This document shows, piece after piece, positions 26,607 through 36,458 of a stretch of DNA of 64,000 nt. Source of the stretch: an uncultured virus (IMG/VR IMGVR_UViG_3300028854_000017) (taxonomy: Duplodnaviria; Heunggongvirae; Uroviricota; Caudoviricetes); IMG/VR virus record IMGVR_UViG_3300028854_000017; one strand, written 5' to 3'. The position numbers and the translations under genes are program-made. How positions within the stretch are numbered: position 1 is the stretch's first letter; every line of letters begins with the position of its first letter. Under the pieces are notes generated by a model. That model was not told where the DNA came from. It made no database searches and saw only the letters and a list, made by a program, of their open reading frames with translations.

Positions 26607-28664
26607 TCAATCGCTTAGTATCTTAGATATTCCATTCTTCTTCTCAATATTTATCACATTGGGGAATAACGGCTTCATCCCTTCATCATGAGTTATATAC
26701 AACACACTCTCTTTATCAGCACTTATCGTTTTAAGAAGGTCGAGCATACGCTCCACACCGACGTCGTCGAGGCTTTCTGCCACTTCATCGAATATCAAAA
26801 GTTTTATCGGAGACGCAGCCCTACTAGCCACTAAATCTTGGAGCGAAAGAAGCAAACATAAATCCACTCGCTTTCTCTCACCACCGCTAAGTCCATTGTA
26901 ATCTGCACCTTGTTCGTCGGTTATGGTTACAGAAAATTTATCTCTGTATTCACCACTCTTGAGCTTGGTCAGGGTAGAAATTTCTATACCAACACCACCT
27001 GTCATGAAATCTGAATAGAAATTAGCTCTCGCGTTGATAAATGGTGTGATACTGTCCATGATATACGATTTCAGCTTGTTGTTGGAAAGCCCATCCACCC
27101 AGTATGCTGAGTATGATTGATCATCCTTTCGTTCCTTCATATTAGTAACGGTTTCATCCATCTGGTTCTGTACGCCGTTCATACCTGCTTGTTCATCGAT
27201 TAACTGGTCGATGTATGGATTCTTGGCTTCCTGTTCTCTAAGCAAGTTATTAGCAGCATCTTGGATACGATTTTCAAGCTGTGCAGCGACTTTAAGACGT
27301 GATTCCTCTTCAGCAATCCTCGTCTTCATCTTGGTACATAGTTCGACAATCTGCTTGTTCTGGGCGATTTGTACACGAAGCTCTTCAACTTCCGCTGTCT
27401 TATCGTCGGGAGTTCCAAGGTTCTTGAGTATAAGGCTTTGTTCTTCAATTTCAGGCGTACTGACTTCTTGGATTTCTAGATTACTAAGAACAGTTTCCTG
27501 TTCTGTGAGATTCTTAAGAAGATTTTCAACATTATTAGATAACGTTCCGAGACGAGATTTTGCAGTAGCAATCTTAGGACCGAGGTCTTCCGGTTTCATA
27601 GGACCACCACAAGTCGGGCAAACCCTGGATTCAGGAGAAACAGATTCAAGATTGGCGAGTTCGGACTGCATCTCTGCCAATTTGTCATTATTCATCCTGA
27701 GTTGCATTTCCAACTGAGCCTTACGGCTTTCAGCGTCAGAGCGAGCCTTCTGGTGCTTCATCTGGAGTTGCATTTCCAACTGAGCCTTACGGCTTTCAGC
27801 CGCTGAATAAGCCTTCTGGTGCTTCTGCATATCCGATTGGATAGTCCACACCCTATTTTCCAATCCAACGTTAATTTGGGCCACTGGCTCGGCTTTATCA
27901 ACCAATCCACGTGCAGCCTCCATGTTGAAATCAGATGGGGTTTGTGTACGTTGCACTTCTAGGTCAGAGATGGCTTTTTCTGCAAGATAAATAGCGGTCT
28001 TTTTCTTGCTTTCGAACTCGGTAGAACGAGCTGTAAGTGTGGTGGTACGGCTTGTAGCTTCCTGAAGCTTGATATTAAGTGTGGCAATCTTGCTTTGCAG
28101 GACGTCGATTTCCACCTGTATATCCGTTACCCTATCTTTGCAAATCTTCTGAGCGTCGGTAATCAGATGAAGAGACAGAATATCTTCAATGATCTTCTTC
28201 TGTTCAGAATCGGTTCCGTTAGCAAATCCATCCAAAGTGCTCTGTCTAAAATATATGCTATGCACAAACGATTCATAACTAAGCCCCAAAGCCTTATCGA
28301 TTTGCAGCTGAACGTCTTTATTAGATTTAGCTGTTTTGTCTACACCATTCTCGAAGTATAAGACTTGGTCTTTGAACTTGGAGTCCTTGCGGTATCGGAT
28401 TACACGGTAAATTCCCCATTCGACTTGAACGTGACAATTCTTTCCAGCTTTTTTATTAATGACGTCGTCAGCTGTCTTCCCTTTAACGCTCTCACCATAC
28501 AACCCCCACCCTAAAGCATCAATGAGAGACGACTTTCCGCTTCCGTTGCTCTTGTAGAGCGGCTTATCCAGATTCTGTCCAGACACAAGACACAATCCTT
28601 TGTCGCCAAAGTCGAAGTCTAATTCAGCAAAACTGAGGAAATTACGTGCTGTCACTCGAAACAT
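26607..28664 (-). CDS. SbcC/gp46-like SMC ATPase
   Basis: NGSGKSS Walker A, CPTC zinc hook, LSGGE signature, IFDE Walker B, ITH. Confidence 0.92.
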   Translation of the reverse strand: MFRVTARNFLSFAELDFDFGDKGLCLVSGQNLDKPLYKSNGSGKSSLIDALGWGLYGESVKGKTADDVINKKAGKNCHVQVEWGIYRVIRYRKDSKFKDQVLYFENGVDKTAKSNKDVQLQIDKALGLSYESFVHSIYFRQSTLDGFANGTDSEQKKIIEDILSLHLITDAQKICKDRVTDIQVEIDVLQSKIATLNIKLQEATSRTTTLTARSTEFESKKKTAIYLAEKAISDLEVQRTQTPSDFNMEAARGLVDKAEPVAQINVGLENRVWTIQSDMQKHQKAYSAAESRKAQLEMQLQMKHQKARSDAESRKAQLEMQLRMNNDKLAEMQSELANLESVSPESRVCPTCGGPMKPEDLGPKIATAKSRLGTLSNNVENLLKNLTEQETVLSNLEIQEVSTPEIEEQSLILKNLGTPDDKTAEVEELRVQIAQNKQIVELCTKMKTRIAEEESRLKVAAQLENRIQDAANNLLREQEAKNPYIDQLIDEQAGMNGVQNQMDETVTNMKERKDDQSYSAYWVDGLSNNKLKSYIMDSITPFINARANFYSDFMTGGVGIEISTLTKLKSGEYRDKFSVTITDEQGADYNGLSGGERKRVDLCLLLSLQDLVASRAASPIKLLIFDEVAESLDDVGVERMLDLLKTISADKESVLYITHDEGMKPLFPNVINIEKKNGISKILSD
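27699..27825 (-). repeat. 66-bp tandem duplication within the SbcC coiled coil
   Basis: HQKA...AESRKAQLEMQL twice; 36-bp identical core at 27699 and 27765. Confidence 0.9.
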
Positions 28665-28693
28665 AATCCCTACTTTTCCAGCTTACAGATCGG

Positions 28694-28936
28694 TTATAAG
28701 TTATATGAACAAACACAATACGATCCAAATGTTTCATCATATTCAGCTTCAATGGTTATCATTTCACCGCTAGACTCGCCATTCTCATCAGAAAGCATCA
28801 TCAAATGTGCCCCGGAAACCTCTTCGATGTCGTCCAGATTAAAATCGTCTGAGTCGTCTTGCATTGCCTTGATAATATCTTCCTTGTTGGGTCCACCATA
28901 TATGTCGCCACCACCTGTATCATAAAAAACAGCCAT
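28694..28936 (-). CDS. very acidic 80-aa protein
   Basis: 20 D/E against 2 K and 0 R; AAGGAG SD. Confidence 0.7.
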   Translation of the reverse strand: MAVFYDTGGGDIYGGPNKEDIIKAMQDDSDDFNLDDIEEVSGAHLMMLSDENGESSGEMITIEAEYDETFGSYCVCSYNL

Positions 28937-28948
28937 TTTAAATCTCCT

Positions 28949-29167
28949 TCACTTTTCCAGCTTGAAGATGTCGAAATCTAATGACATTAAGATAAATTTT
29001 ATACCAAGTTTTATCGAGGCCGCATCTAACGCATATCTTAAACCGTCTGTGTGCTCTTGCGAAAGATGCTCGTTGGGTCGAATGAGATAAACATATTGCT
29101 TATCAAGCTCGATCAAATCACTCAAACCAAACAATGGAAGTTCTGCTTTCACTTCTTTAACATTCAA
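28949..29167 (-). CDS. hypothetical protein
   Basis: 72-aa ORF with SD. Confidence 0.6.
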   Translation of the reverse strand: MNVKEVKAELPLFGLSDLIELDKQYVYLIRPNEHLSQEHTDGLRYALDAASIKLGIKFILMSLDFDIFKLEK

Positions 29168-29693
29168 CTGTATTCTCCTTCAGTACGTTCACCACTTCTT
29201 CTGGATTTTCAGCAGCCACCCAATTGATACTCCAATCGTGCAGGAAACGGCGAACCAGAGTATTGTATTTTTCGTTACGAGACTTTACGTACACGACCAA
29301 CTCATATTCTTTAGCTGCATGTATGATGAGTGGCTCAAGCCATACCCTACGTCGATAGTTCATCACAAATTCAGCATACGCATCTATCACGGAATGAAGC
29401 GAAAGGATGTATGGTTCCTTCCTAGTAACATACACCTGTTCATTTGTCAGTTGCATGTAAATCTGACACAAGTTGAAGTCTTCGTTCTTGACTCCACCTA
29501 CCCGTCTGCATGGTTCCATATAAATAGGGTCATGGATGTAATGAATGCTCGTTGTCTGAAGTAATTCCATTAGACACTCTTTGAATACGGATGAGTATCC
29601 ACTTGCGGAGTATTCAAAACTAGGCTTCGAATTCGTAAAATCGTCAAAGATTCCAGCTACGGCAAATCTTCTTGTGTCAACCAGATTACCCAA
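29157..29693 (-). CDS. hypothetical protein, weak resemblance to an AAA_28/NadR-type kinase fold without a P-loop
   Basis: SVIDAYA...YELVVYV pattern; no GKT/S. Confidence 0.4.
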   Translation of the reverse strand: MGNLVDTRRFAVAGIFDDFTNSKPSFEYSASGYSSVFKECLMELLQTTSIHYIHDPIYMEPCRRVGGVKNEDFNLCQIYMQLTNEQVYVTRKEPYILSLHSVIDAYAEFVMNYRRRVWLEPLIIHAAKEYELVVYVKSRNEKYNTLVRRFLHDWSINWVAAENPEEVVNVLKENTVEC

Positions 29694-30106
29694 TTTAATG
29701 CCTCCGCTAAGCTGTTACATACCTTGGTTCCGATTCCTTGTGGAAATGGATGACTGAGAATTGGGTCACCTTCGTCGGCAAAGATTACCGTTGGTTTGTG
29801 GAGGATACCTGCTACACCGAGCTCTGCCAGTGTACCAACCATCTGTCGTTGAATTCCGTAGTCATTCAGGTTAATCAGGATGACGTCGGAATTAACCATA
29901 TCTGTCAAATCCCTATCAACAAGAAGACGAGGTGAGGTTAGCTGAGTACTATCTGTGTAATACGAGAAACTCTTTCCACGCCAAGGATTCAAAGTACGAA
30001 TACCGCGTGGAGAAAGAACATTAGTAGCCAAATCACGCCATTCCTTCGTTGCAGGAACTTCAGCATTCATATATCCAGACAGATAAACCTTTTTTATATC
30101 GCTCAT
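29657..30106 (-). CDS. nucleoside 2-deoxyribosyltransferase / Rcl-like hydrolase
   Basis: KVYLSG, LNP, DL..M..SD.IL, GT.AELG. Confidence 0.8.
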   Translation of the reverse strand: MSDIKKVYLSGYMNAEVPATKEWRDLATNVLSPRGIRTLNPWRGKSFSYYTDSTQLTSPRLLVDRDLTDMVNSDVILINLNDYGIQRQMVGTLAELGVAGILHKPTVIFADEGDPILSHPFPQGIGTKVCNSLAEALNWVIWLTQEDLP

Positions 30107-30112
30107 AATCTC

Positions 30113-30583
30113 CTACTTTCCAGAACTTCCATGTCGTTTGCTGCCGCGATTTGATTCAGATAGCTCTTCAACCTCGATTATGTCTTGTGTGAGTGTAAGA
30201 ATTGGAACCATCTGGGCCACCCGCTCGCCAGCCTTAAATGTATAACCTTGGTCAGACAAGTTGTACATCGTTACCATAAGTTCGCCACGATACGAACTAT
30301 CTATTACCCCACCTTTAGTAAATAGGTCGGTCTTCGTCGCTATACTGGAGCGATCTTTAATAATATGAGACACCTTGAAATTAACTCCACAGTTGTTTCC
30401 ATACACATCAGCACCAAACCAAACATCATCTGCTTCAATTGCAATGTCGATAGGGATGATAGCCTTCCCGCGAGCTGGAACAGAAACATCTCTTGGGGAG
30501 TAGATGTCATACCCGGTATCTCCTTCCGGGTATGCAACAGTAGGGAGGATGGCTAAATCTGTTAACTTCTTCACTTTCAGCAT
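30113..30583 (-). CDS. dut: trimeric dUTPase
   Basis: GYDI, DRSS, GGVIDSSYRGE, GERVAQ, RG....GSSG. Confidence 0.93.
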   Translation of the reverse strand: MLKVKKLTDLAILPTVAYPEGDTGYDIYSPRDVSVPARGKAIIPIDIAIEADDVWFGADVYGNNCGVNFKVSHIIKDRSSIATKTDLFTKGGVIDSSYRGELMVTMYNLSDQGYTFKAGERVAQMVPILTLTQDIIEVEELSESNRGSKRHGSSGK

Positions 30584-30618
30584 TTTAGAAATCCTTATCT
30601 TTGAAATATTCTTCGTAG

Positions 30619-31308
30619 TTAACTAATTGCATTAAGTCTAAGTTCCTTATAAGCTGCAACAGTAACTGGGACAATAGGTTCTATAAGTTGCAACATTGCT
30701 TCAGCGTAAACACGAATCTCTTTTTGTGCATGAGAATGCAAACGTAAACCCAAGAAGTGAATTAGATTGTGCAAGTCTACAGTGGCAAACATGTGACTAT
30801 AAGTGCCAAGTGGGAGCACACTTCTCGCTAACTCTCGCGGACATCCATTTTCTATTAGATAATGGTATTCCTTGAACGACTCTTCGCAGCTCTTTCTTAT
30901 ACGTTCCGCAAATTCTTCAGCCATCGGATGTTGTTCTAGCGTACGCATCTGCTTATTATCTTTAGATTGAGCTGTAATATCGGCAGGAATTGGGACATAG
31001 AACACTTCCGGCAGTTCTGAGTAGCGAGCTGATACCTCGTTATAAGACCACGTGCGGTGTCGATGCCACTGACGAAACGTAAAAATAGGCGCTTTCACTT
31101 CAAACGTAAAATTCACCGATTCAAACGGGCTAGTGTGACGATTCTTAATTAGATAGTGGATAAGCTTTTCATCTTTCCCAGCATCTTCACCACTACGCCA
31201 TTCAGCGTTATAAGAAACTCGTGCATTACGAACTATGGATAAATCTGATCCCATAGAGTCTATCAATCGAACAAGACCGTGATCCAACACTTGAATTGCT
31301 TCACTCAT
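30619..31308 (-). CDS. thyX: FAD-dependent thymidylate synthase
   Basis: ARVS, HTSPFE, RHRTWSYNEVSARY, AQKEIR. Confidence 0.95.
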   Translation of the reverse strand: MSEAIQVLDHGLVRLIDSMGSDLSIVRNARVSYNAEWRSGEDAGKDEKLIHYLIKNRHTSPFESVNFTFEVKAPIFTFRQWHRHRTWSYNEVSARYSELPEVFYVPIPADITAQSKDNKQMRTLEQHPMAEEFAERIRKSCEESFKEYHYLIENGCPRELARSVLPLGTYSHMFATVDLHNLIHFLGLRLHSHAQKEIRVYAEAMLQLIEPIVPVTVAAYKELRLNAIS

Positions 31309-31324
31309 AATTTCCTCTATGTGA

Positions 31325-31335
31325 AATATACCCGG
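31325..31335 (-). promoter_or_regulatory. CCGGGTATATT promoter motif (variant)
   Basis: One mismatch; in the 30-nt gap between guaC and thyX. Confidence 0.7.
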
Positions 31336-31338
31336 AAG

Positions 31339-32343
31339 CTAACTACCAAACATTTGATTGAGTTGTTGTGTCGCTCGGATAAACGTTGTCCGTTTAGGGA
31401 GTTCTTTGAGCGTCCTACTTCCGGTGTATGTGCAAGCCGACCTCAATCCACCTAGAATGTCTTTCACGATATCAACGATAGGACCGCGAGAATCGAGATG
31501 AACAACCTTACCTTCACTCGACCTGTATTCGGCAACTCCACCTTGGTACTTATTCATGGCTAGCTCTGAACTCATACCGTAAAAAACCTTACTTCCACCT
31601 TCATCACTACCTGCTAACATCCCACCAAGCATCACAAAATCAGCTCCAGCTCCAAAAGCCTTAGCTACGTCTCCAGAGACGGTACATCCACCGTCTGACA
31701 TAACGTGCCCACCCAAGCCATGAGCGGCATCAGCACATTCGACTATAGCTGAAAGCTGAGGATATCCAACACCAGCTTGTTTGCGAGTTGTGCAGACGGA
31801 CCCACTACCGATGCCAACTTTAACAATATCGACACCACTCAGAATTAGTTCCTCAGTAATCTCAGGAGTAACCACGTTACCAGCGATGATGGTTGTATCT
31901 TTCTTGTCTAAATCTCTAAACTTTTTGATACTGTCTAAGAACCTTTGAGTATATCCGTTTGCAACATCGATACAAGCAAACCTTGGCCTTCCGTTAACGC
32001 TATTTATGATTTCTACGGCTCGTTCAATATCACCTTTGCCTATACCAAGAGAAACTATAAAACTGCTTGTATTCCTATTATCGAACTTCAACCAATCAGC
32101 GAGAGGTCTATGTTTGACGATACAAGTAAGCAAGCTCAGCGAGTCGAGCACGTCGGCAACAGCAAATTCACCAACTCCATCCATATTCGAAGCAACAATG
32201 GGAATTCCTGTCCACATTTGCCCAGAGTTCTTAAACTTGAAGGTTCGGTGCAATACCACATCTTCTCTCGAATTCAATGCGCTGCGTTTGGGTAGGATTA
32301 GCACATCTTTGAAATCTAGTTTTACATCTTCAACAATTCTCAT
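31339..32343 (-). CDS. guaC: GMP reductase
   Basis: [54 protein letters not shown]; no CBS domains. Confidence 0.93.
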   Translation of the reverse strand: MRIVEDVKLDFKDVLILPKRSALNSREDVVLHRTFKFKNSGQMWTGIPIVASNMDGVGEFAVADVLDSLSLLTCIVKHRPLADWLKFDNRNTSSFIVSLGIGKGDIERAVEIINSVNGRPRFACIDVANGYTQRFLDSIKKFRDLDKKDTTIIAGNVVTPEITEELILSGVDIVKVGIGSGSVCTTRKQAGVGYPQLSAIVECADAAHGLGGHVMSDGGCTVSGDVAKAFGAGADFVMLGGMLAGSDEGGSKVFYGMSSELAMNKYQGGVAEYRSSEGKVVHLDSRGPIVDIVKDILGGLRSACTYTGSRTLKELPKRTTFIRATQQLNQMFGS

Positions 32344-33643
32344 CGAACAAGGTTTCCTTTCCACCGTTCATACGTTCGTGCGTTAGCTGTATGTATTCTG
32401 GCTTTATTTCACACCCGATATATCTTCTTCCGTTTCTTACAGCTACTACACCAGTCGTTCCGCTACCATTAAAAATGTCCAGGGTTATACATGGGACAAC
32501 TTTGCCATCACACTTGCAAGATGCTCCCCACCCAATAATCTTTCCCTTATAAAATTGAGTAGGATTATGACCTTTTTTTAATCGCTGTCCGTCTGTGGTT
32601 GCGATCTCAGACGGATCGAAACCGCCAGCTTTCGTCTTGGCGTTAGGGACACCTTTATAACCTAGAATCCCTTCTGGATTGCCGGGGTGATCGATTATCC
32701 TTTTCCACGGCGTTCCGCATTCAGAACAACATCCTTTTTCACTAGTCCCAGCTAATATACACAACTTTGGAAGCTCTTCTGGAAATGTTGCAAAGTGGGC
32801 ACCCTTGTAAGTGGATGTGGTCATAAACCATACAGATCGTTTATTGCGCATTTCCGATATAGACACGAAACTACTTTGACCTGTTCCTACTTCTCCATTA
32901 CGTTTTCCACCATAATGTATTCTTCCCTTTCCAGCCCGTTTATCTGCTGAGCATTCTGCCAATTCAGAAATGGCAATATTGTCAAAATAGTAATTCTTAC
33001 GTTTGGAGCACAATAAGATATATTCGTGGGTATTGGTACATCTGTCTATAACCGATTCCGGCATTGGATTAGGCTTGTGCCACACTATTTCTTGTCTAAC
33101 ATACCATCCACGCTTTTGTAGCTCTATAGCGAGTCTGTGAGGAATCATGCATAGGTCTTTAGTCTTGAGGTAAGGGTGTTTTATCTTATCTTCTTTCCAA
33201 TAAGTATCGGCAATGTTTATCCAGCATGTTCCATCATCTCGTAACACCCGCTTAACTTGGTCGAATACATTAACCAGATGATAGATGAACATTTCAGGGG
33301 TTGGTTCCTGTCCAAGCTCACCCTCCCAAGCACCGCATTTATAGCAACCACGAGTTGGAAGAAGTTCGCAGTTAGCTCCAACATTCGCGACTTGGGCAGA
33401 CTCGATATTAACAACGTCATCTAAAGTTCTAATCCGTCTAGGAGATACAGCCTTCCAATCGTGTTCACAATAAATGTCTCCGTCCCAAATACGAGGTGCA
33501 GTGCCGTAGGCGCGAAGTCCAAAATAAGGAGGAGATGTTACACAGCACTGAACCGACCTCTCTGGAAGCGACTTCAGGGTTTCTAAAGCACTGCCTTCCA
33601 TCACTTCCCAGTCTTTTGTTCCGTTTAATACATCTTCAATCAT
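32330..33643 (-). CDS. beta-class N4-C/N6-A DNA methyltransferase with Zn-ribbon insertions
   Basis: TSPPY precedes [25 protein letters not shown]; start revised to MIEDV. Confidence 0.9.
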   Translation of the reverse strand: MIEDVLNGTKDWEVMEGSALETLKSLPERSVQCCVTSPPYFGLRAYGTAPRIWDGDIYCEHDWKAVSPRRIRTLDDVVNIESAQVANVGANCELLPTRGCYKCGAWEGELGQEPTPEMFIYHLVNVFDQVKRVLRDDGTCWINIADTYWKEDKIKHPYLKTKDLCMIPHRLAIELQKRGWYVRQEIVWHKPNPMPESVIDRCTNTHEYILLCSKRKNYYFDNIAISELAECSADKRAGKGRIHYGGKRNGEVGTGQSSFVSISEMRNKRSVWFMTTSTYKGAHFATFPEELPKLCILAGTSEKGCCSECGTPWKRIIDHPGNPEGILGYKGVPNAKTKAGGFDPSEIATTDGQRLKKGHNPTQFYKGKIIGWGASCKCDGKVVPCITLDIFNGSGTTGVVAVRNGRRYIGCEIKPEYIQLTHERMNGGKETLFDENC

Positions 33644-33867
33644 ACTTCCGCACCACAATCATTACAAATCTTCTTAGGGATAAATCTAGGGTCGTAGTCA
33701 AATTCACTAACAACCTCATGAGGACACTTAGACTGCACGTACTTGATATCTCGTTCAACGCTGACAATGACTTTCTTGTGAGCCAGTATGATTCCATAAA
33801 GCCTAACAAGCTCTTTACGGACCTTTTCAGCTGTCATCACTTTATCTTCAACGCTAAAGATTCCCAT
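33640..33867 (-). CDS. hypothetical protein
   Basis: Coiled coil + CPH...CNDCG. Confidence 0.65.
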   Translation of the reverse strand: MGIFSVEDKVMTAEKVRKELVRLYGIILAHKKVIVSVERDIKYVQSKCPHEVVSEFDYDPRFIPKKICNDCGAEV

Positions 33868-33873
33868 AGTTTA

Positions 33874-34320
33874 TTACTCTTCCATTTCTGATGGTTCAAT
33901 AAGTACGAGTTCAACTCCAGCTTCCTTAAATAAGGACTCAGACAAATCAAAATCAGGTTGCCAGCGTGGGAGATTAGCTCTAAGTGACACAACCTTTATT
34001 ATTCCATTTTGGATTATCAAGCTGGTGCAGTGAGCGCATGGTTGAAATGGCCACGTGTACACCGTGTATCCATCCAGTTCTCGAGTCGCGAAATTAAATG
34101 CGTTTTCTTCAGCGTGTAAAATAATCTTCAGTTTGATATCCCTATTCGTAAGGTATTCATCCCTATCTAAAATCTTCTTTGGGAGACCATTATATCCTGT
34201 CGATATAAGCCTATTGTCTGTGCCAGCAATCACACATCCAACTTTCGAGCTTGGGTCTTTACTCATCGTAGATACATGTCTTGCCATCGTTAAGAAATAT
34301 TTATCCCATTTATTGATCAT
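33874..34320 (-). CDS. dCMP deaminase
   Basis: WDKYF, SKDP...VG, GYNG, HAE.NA, PCAHC; start revised to MINKW. Confidence 0.92.
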   Translation of the reverse strand: MINKWDKYFLTMARHVSTMSKDPSSKVGCVIAGTDNRLISTGYNGLPKKILDRDEYLTNRDIKLKIILHAEENAFNFATRELDGYTVYTWPFQPCAHCTSLIIQNGIIKVVSLRANLPRWQPDFDLSESLFKEAGVELVLIEPSEMEE

Positions 34321-34321
34321 G

Positions 34322-35077
34322 CTAGTACTCCCAATATTTGTTATGTAAATAACAGCGTCCACACCAATTCACAAATTCATCTAAAGATAAAACACCACGC
34401 ATTATATTTAATGTTTTGTGTACCCAATGGACATTTCCAACTTCGTAGCCAATCACATTATCAATCCTATCTAACGAAGCATTAGCTATTTTTCTATTAA
34501 ATTTTCCAGTTTCCATACCGAACGTGAGCGCAACATCTGAAATATCACATTTTCTTCCTTGCTTAAGAAATAGCTCCCACAAATATTCTGGAGCTAAATT
34601 AAACGACATATTTCTCGCTGTAGCTCCGTTTTTAATAGATGCAACCATGGTGGATGTTATATCTCCGCATCTGTCTTTAAAACCATGAATTTTCTTATTT
34701 CCACACGTGGTGTTGTTCCCGCTAGTTAAACAATTAGACGATAATGTTATGTCCGCTCCACAATCACATCGACAAATCCATCTAGAACCACGAACCTTTG
34801 TTAAGTAGTCATCATACTTTGATACAACTGTTAGTTTTCCAAATCTCTCACCTGTCAAGTCTTTATAGATAAATCTGCGTGTGGTTTTATACATACATCC
34901 ACAATTTCCATAACGAAAAACCCTGCGAGCCGCTACTTGAGCTTCATTGCCACAATCGCATTTGCAAAGCCAGACTGTTTGTCTGTGGTTATTCTTACCA
35001 ATAAATCTATCTAGAGCACGCTCTAGCACTAATAACTTTCCAAAGCGTGCTCCTTTCAAGTCTCGTAGTTTTCCCAT
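34322..35077 (-). CDS. free-standing HNH-type homing endonuclease
   Basis: Two DL.G.RFGKL.V...W.C.CDCG repeats; ASLDRIDN..GY..GNV.WV...N. Confidence 0.8.
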   Translation of the reverse strand: MGKLRDLKGARFGKLLVLERALDRFIGKNNHRQTVWLCKCDCGNEAQVAARRVFRYGNCGCMYKTTRRFIYKDLTGERFGKLTVVSKYDDYLTKVRGSRWICRCDCGADITLSSNCLTSGNNTTCGNKKIHGFKDRCGDITSTMVASIKNGATARNMSFNLAPEYLWELFLKQGRKCDISDVALTFGMETGKFNRKIANASLDRIDNVIGYEVGNVHWVHKTLNIMRGVLSLDEFVNWCGRCYLHNKYWEY

Positions 35078-35103
35078 CTCACGCCATTTTCATATATACC
35101 TTT

Positions 35104-36216
35104 CTATTGCATTTGTAGAATCATGCAGCGTAACGAACCGTTCTTTAATAGAGCTGGACCAGTCTCACCAACCCGAATATCGACTATCCCAGAAACCTGT
35201 TTAACGTAATCCATGATATAGCCAACGTTCAAACTGCACTTTCCAGTTCCATTCGTTACAGCCTCAACTTCTTCCGATGCTTCGTTAATAGAATCACCGA
35301 AACCAGCCATGTGAAGAAGAACCTTACCATCTTCGATAGTAACGATGATCTTGTTAAAGCTTCCGGCTGCTGCTGTCTGCATCCTCTGAACTGCCAACGA
35401 AAATGCCTTTACGTCAGTCTTGGCAAATATTTCATTAGCTTCACAACTAGCAAATACCTTCTCGATAGCCGGAAACTTCTCTACATTGACACGTTGCACG
35501 TCTGCACGACGAGAACCGCATTCAAACCGATAACGATTAGCTGCCTTAACGACAGTGAGGATTTGATCAGTGTCTTTAGTTACGATATCGGAAACTGCTG
35601 AAATACCTTCACTCATTAGAAATACGCTGTTAGAGCGTCCATCAGCTGCATCTTCCAGATGAATTTCAGCCGCTCGGTGTCCATCTGAAGCACGAGCCGT
35701 AAGTCCAACTTCATCAGCAACAAGCTCAACGCCCTTCAAAGTGTACTGGCTCTGCTCATCTTTGGCAGAGAAACCAGAGGCAACCTTGAGAGATTCGGCA
35801 AATTTCGATGCATTAGCTGTAAATGTTTCGCCTTCAACGACGAGGTCGGCATGGGCTTGAATCTTTGGTATTGCAAGCTCGGTCGTGTTGAAACGGTACT
35901 TAGACTTTCCAGCACTCATCGTGATTGTCTTATCGGTGATAGAGAACGTAACTAGCTCCAAATCGATAAGTTTAACCATATCCTTAAGCTTCGAACCGGG
36001 GATAACGAAAGCCGTCGGTTCCTTAACAGTTTCTTCTAAATCCAGAACAGTTCTAGTTAGAAGAGTAAGACCATTGGTGGTTGTTAGAGTTAGCTTGTTA
36101 TCTATCGCCTCAAACAAAATGAACTTCAGCAACAGGTCGGGTGTGAACAGCTTCAACGGCTTCTCGACGTATTCGAGTTCCTTAGCCAATGCCTTCGTGT
36201 TTACGATCAACTTCAT
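35104..36216 (-). CDS. dnaN: DNA polymerase III beta sliding clamp
   Basis: 370 aa; ASDGHR, FP, LNVGYIMD, MIL.M C-terminus. Confidence 0.8.
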   Translation of the reverse strand: MKLIVNTKALAKELEYVEKPLKLFTPDLLLKFILFEAIDNKLTLTTTNGLTLLTRTVLDLEETVKEPTAFVIPGSKLKDMVKLIDLELVTFSITDKTITMSAGKSKYRFNTTELAIPKIQAHADLVVEGETFTANASKFAESLKVASGFSAKDEQSQYTLKGVELVADEVGLTARASDGHRAAEIHLEDAADGRSNSVFLMSEGISAVSDIVTKDTDQILTVVKAANRYRFECGSRRADVQRVNVEKFPAIEKVFASCEANEIFAKTDVKAFSLAVQRMQTAAAGSFNKIIVTIEDGKVLLHMAGFGDSINEASEEVEAVTNGTGKCSLNVGYIMDYVKQVSGIVDIRVGETGPALLKNGSLRCMILQMQ

Positions 36217-36218
36217 GA

Positions 36219-36458
36219 TTACTCCAGTTCTATTCCATCAATTTTTGTGTCTACCATCAATGTCATTCCAGAAAAACTCATATATTGTTCATTTTTTGGT
36301 ACTGACGGTATCGCCCACAACGGTAATGCTTGAATTATCATCTGATAAGCCTGTGGACAAATCTTCATCTTCGTTGGCTGCTTACCAGTCTTTTCTTCGA
36401 AGTAAAGTTCCATTTTGTGGATATTGTTAAGAATTGAGCTACTCGATGATGAGTTCAT
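36219..36458 (-). CDS. hypothetical protein
   Basis: 79-aa ORF in operon. Confidence 0.55.
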   Translation of the reverse strand: MNSSSSSSILNNIHKMELYFEEKTGKQPTKMKICPQAYQMIIQALPLWAIPSVPKNEQYMSFSGMTLMVDTKIDGIELE

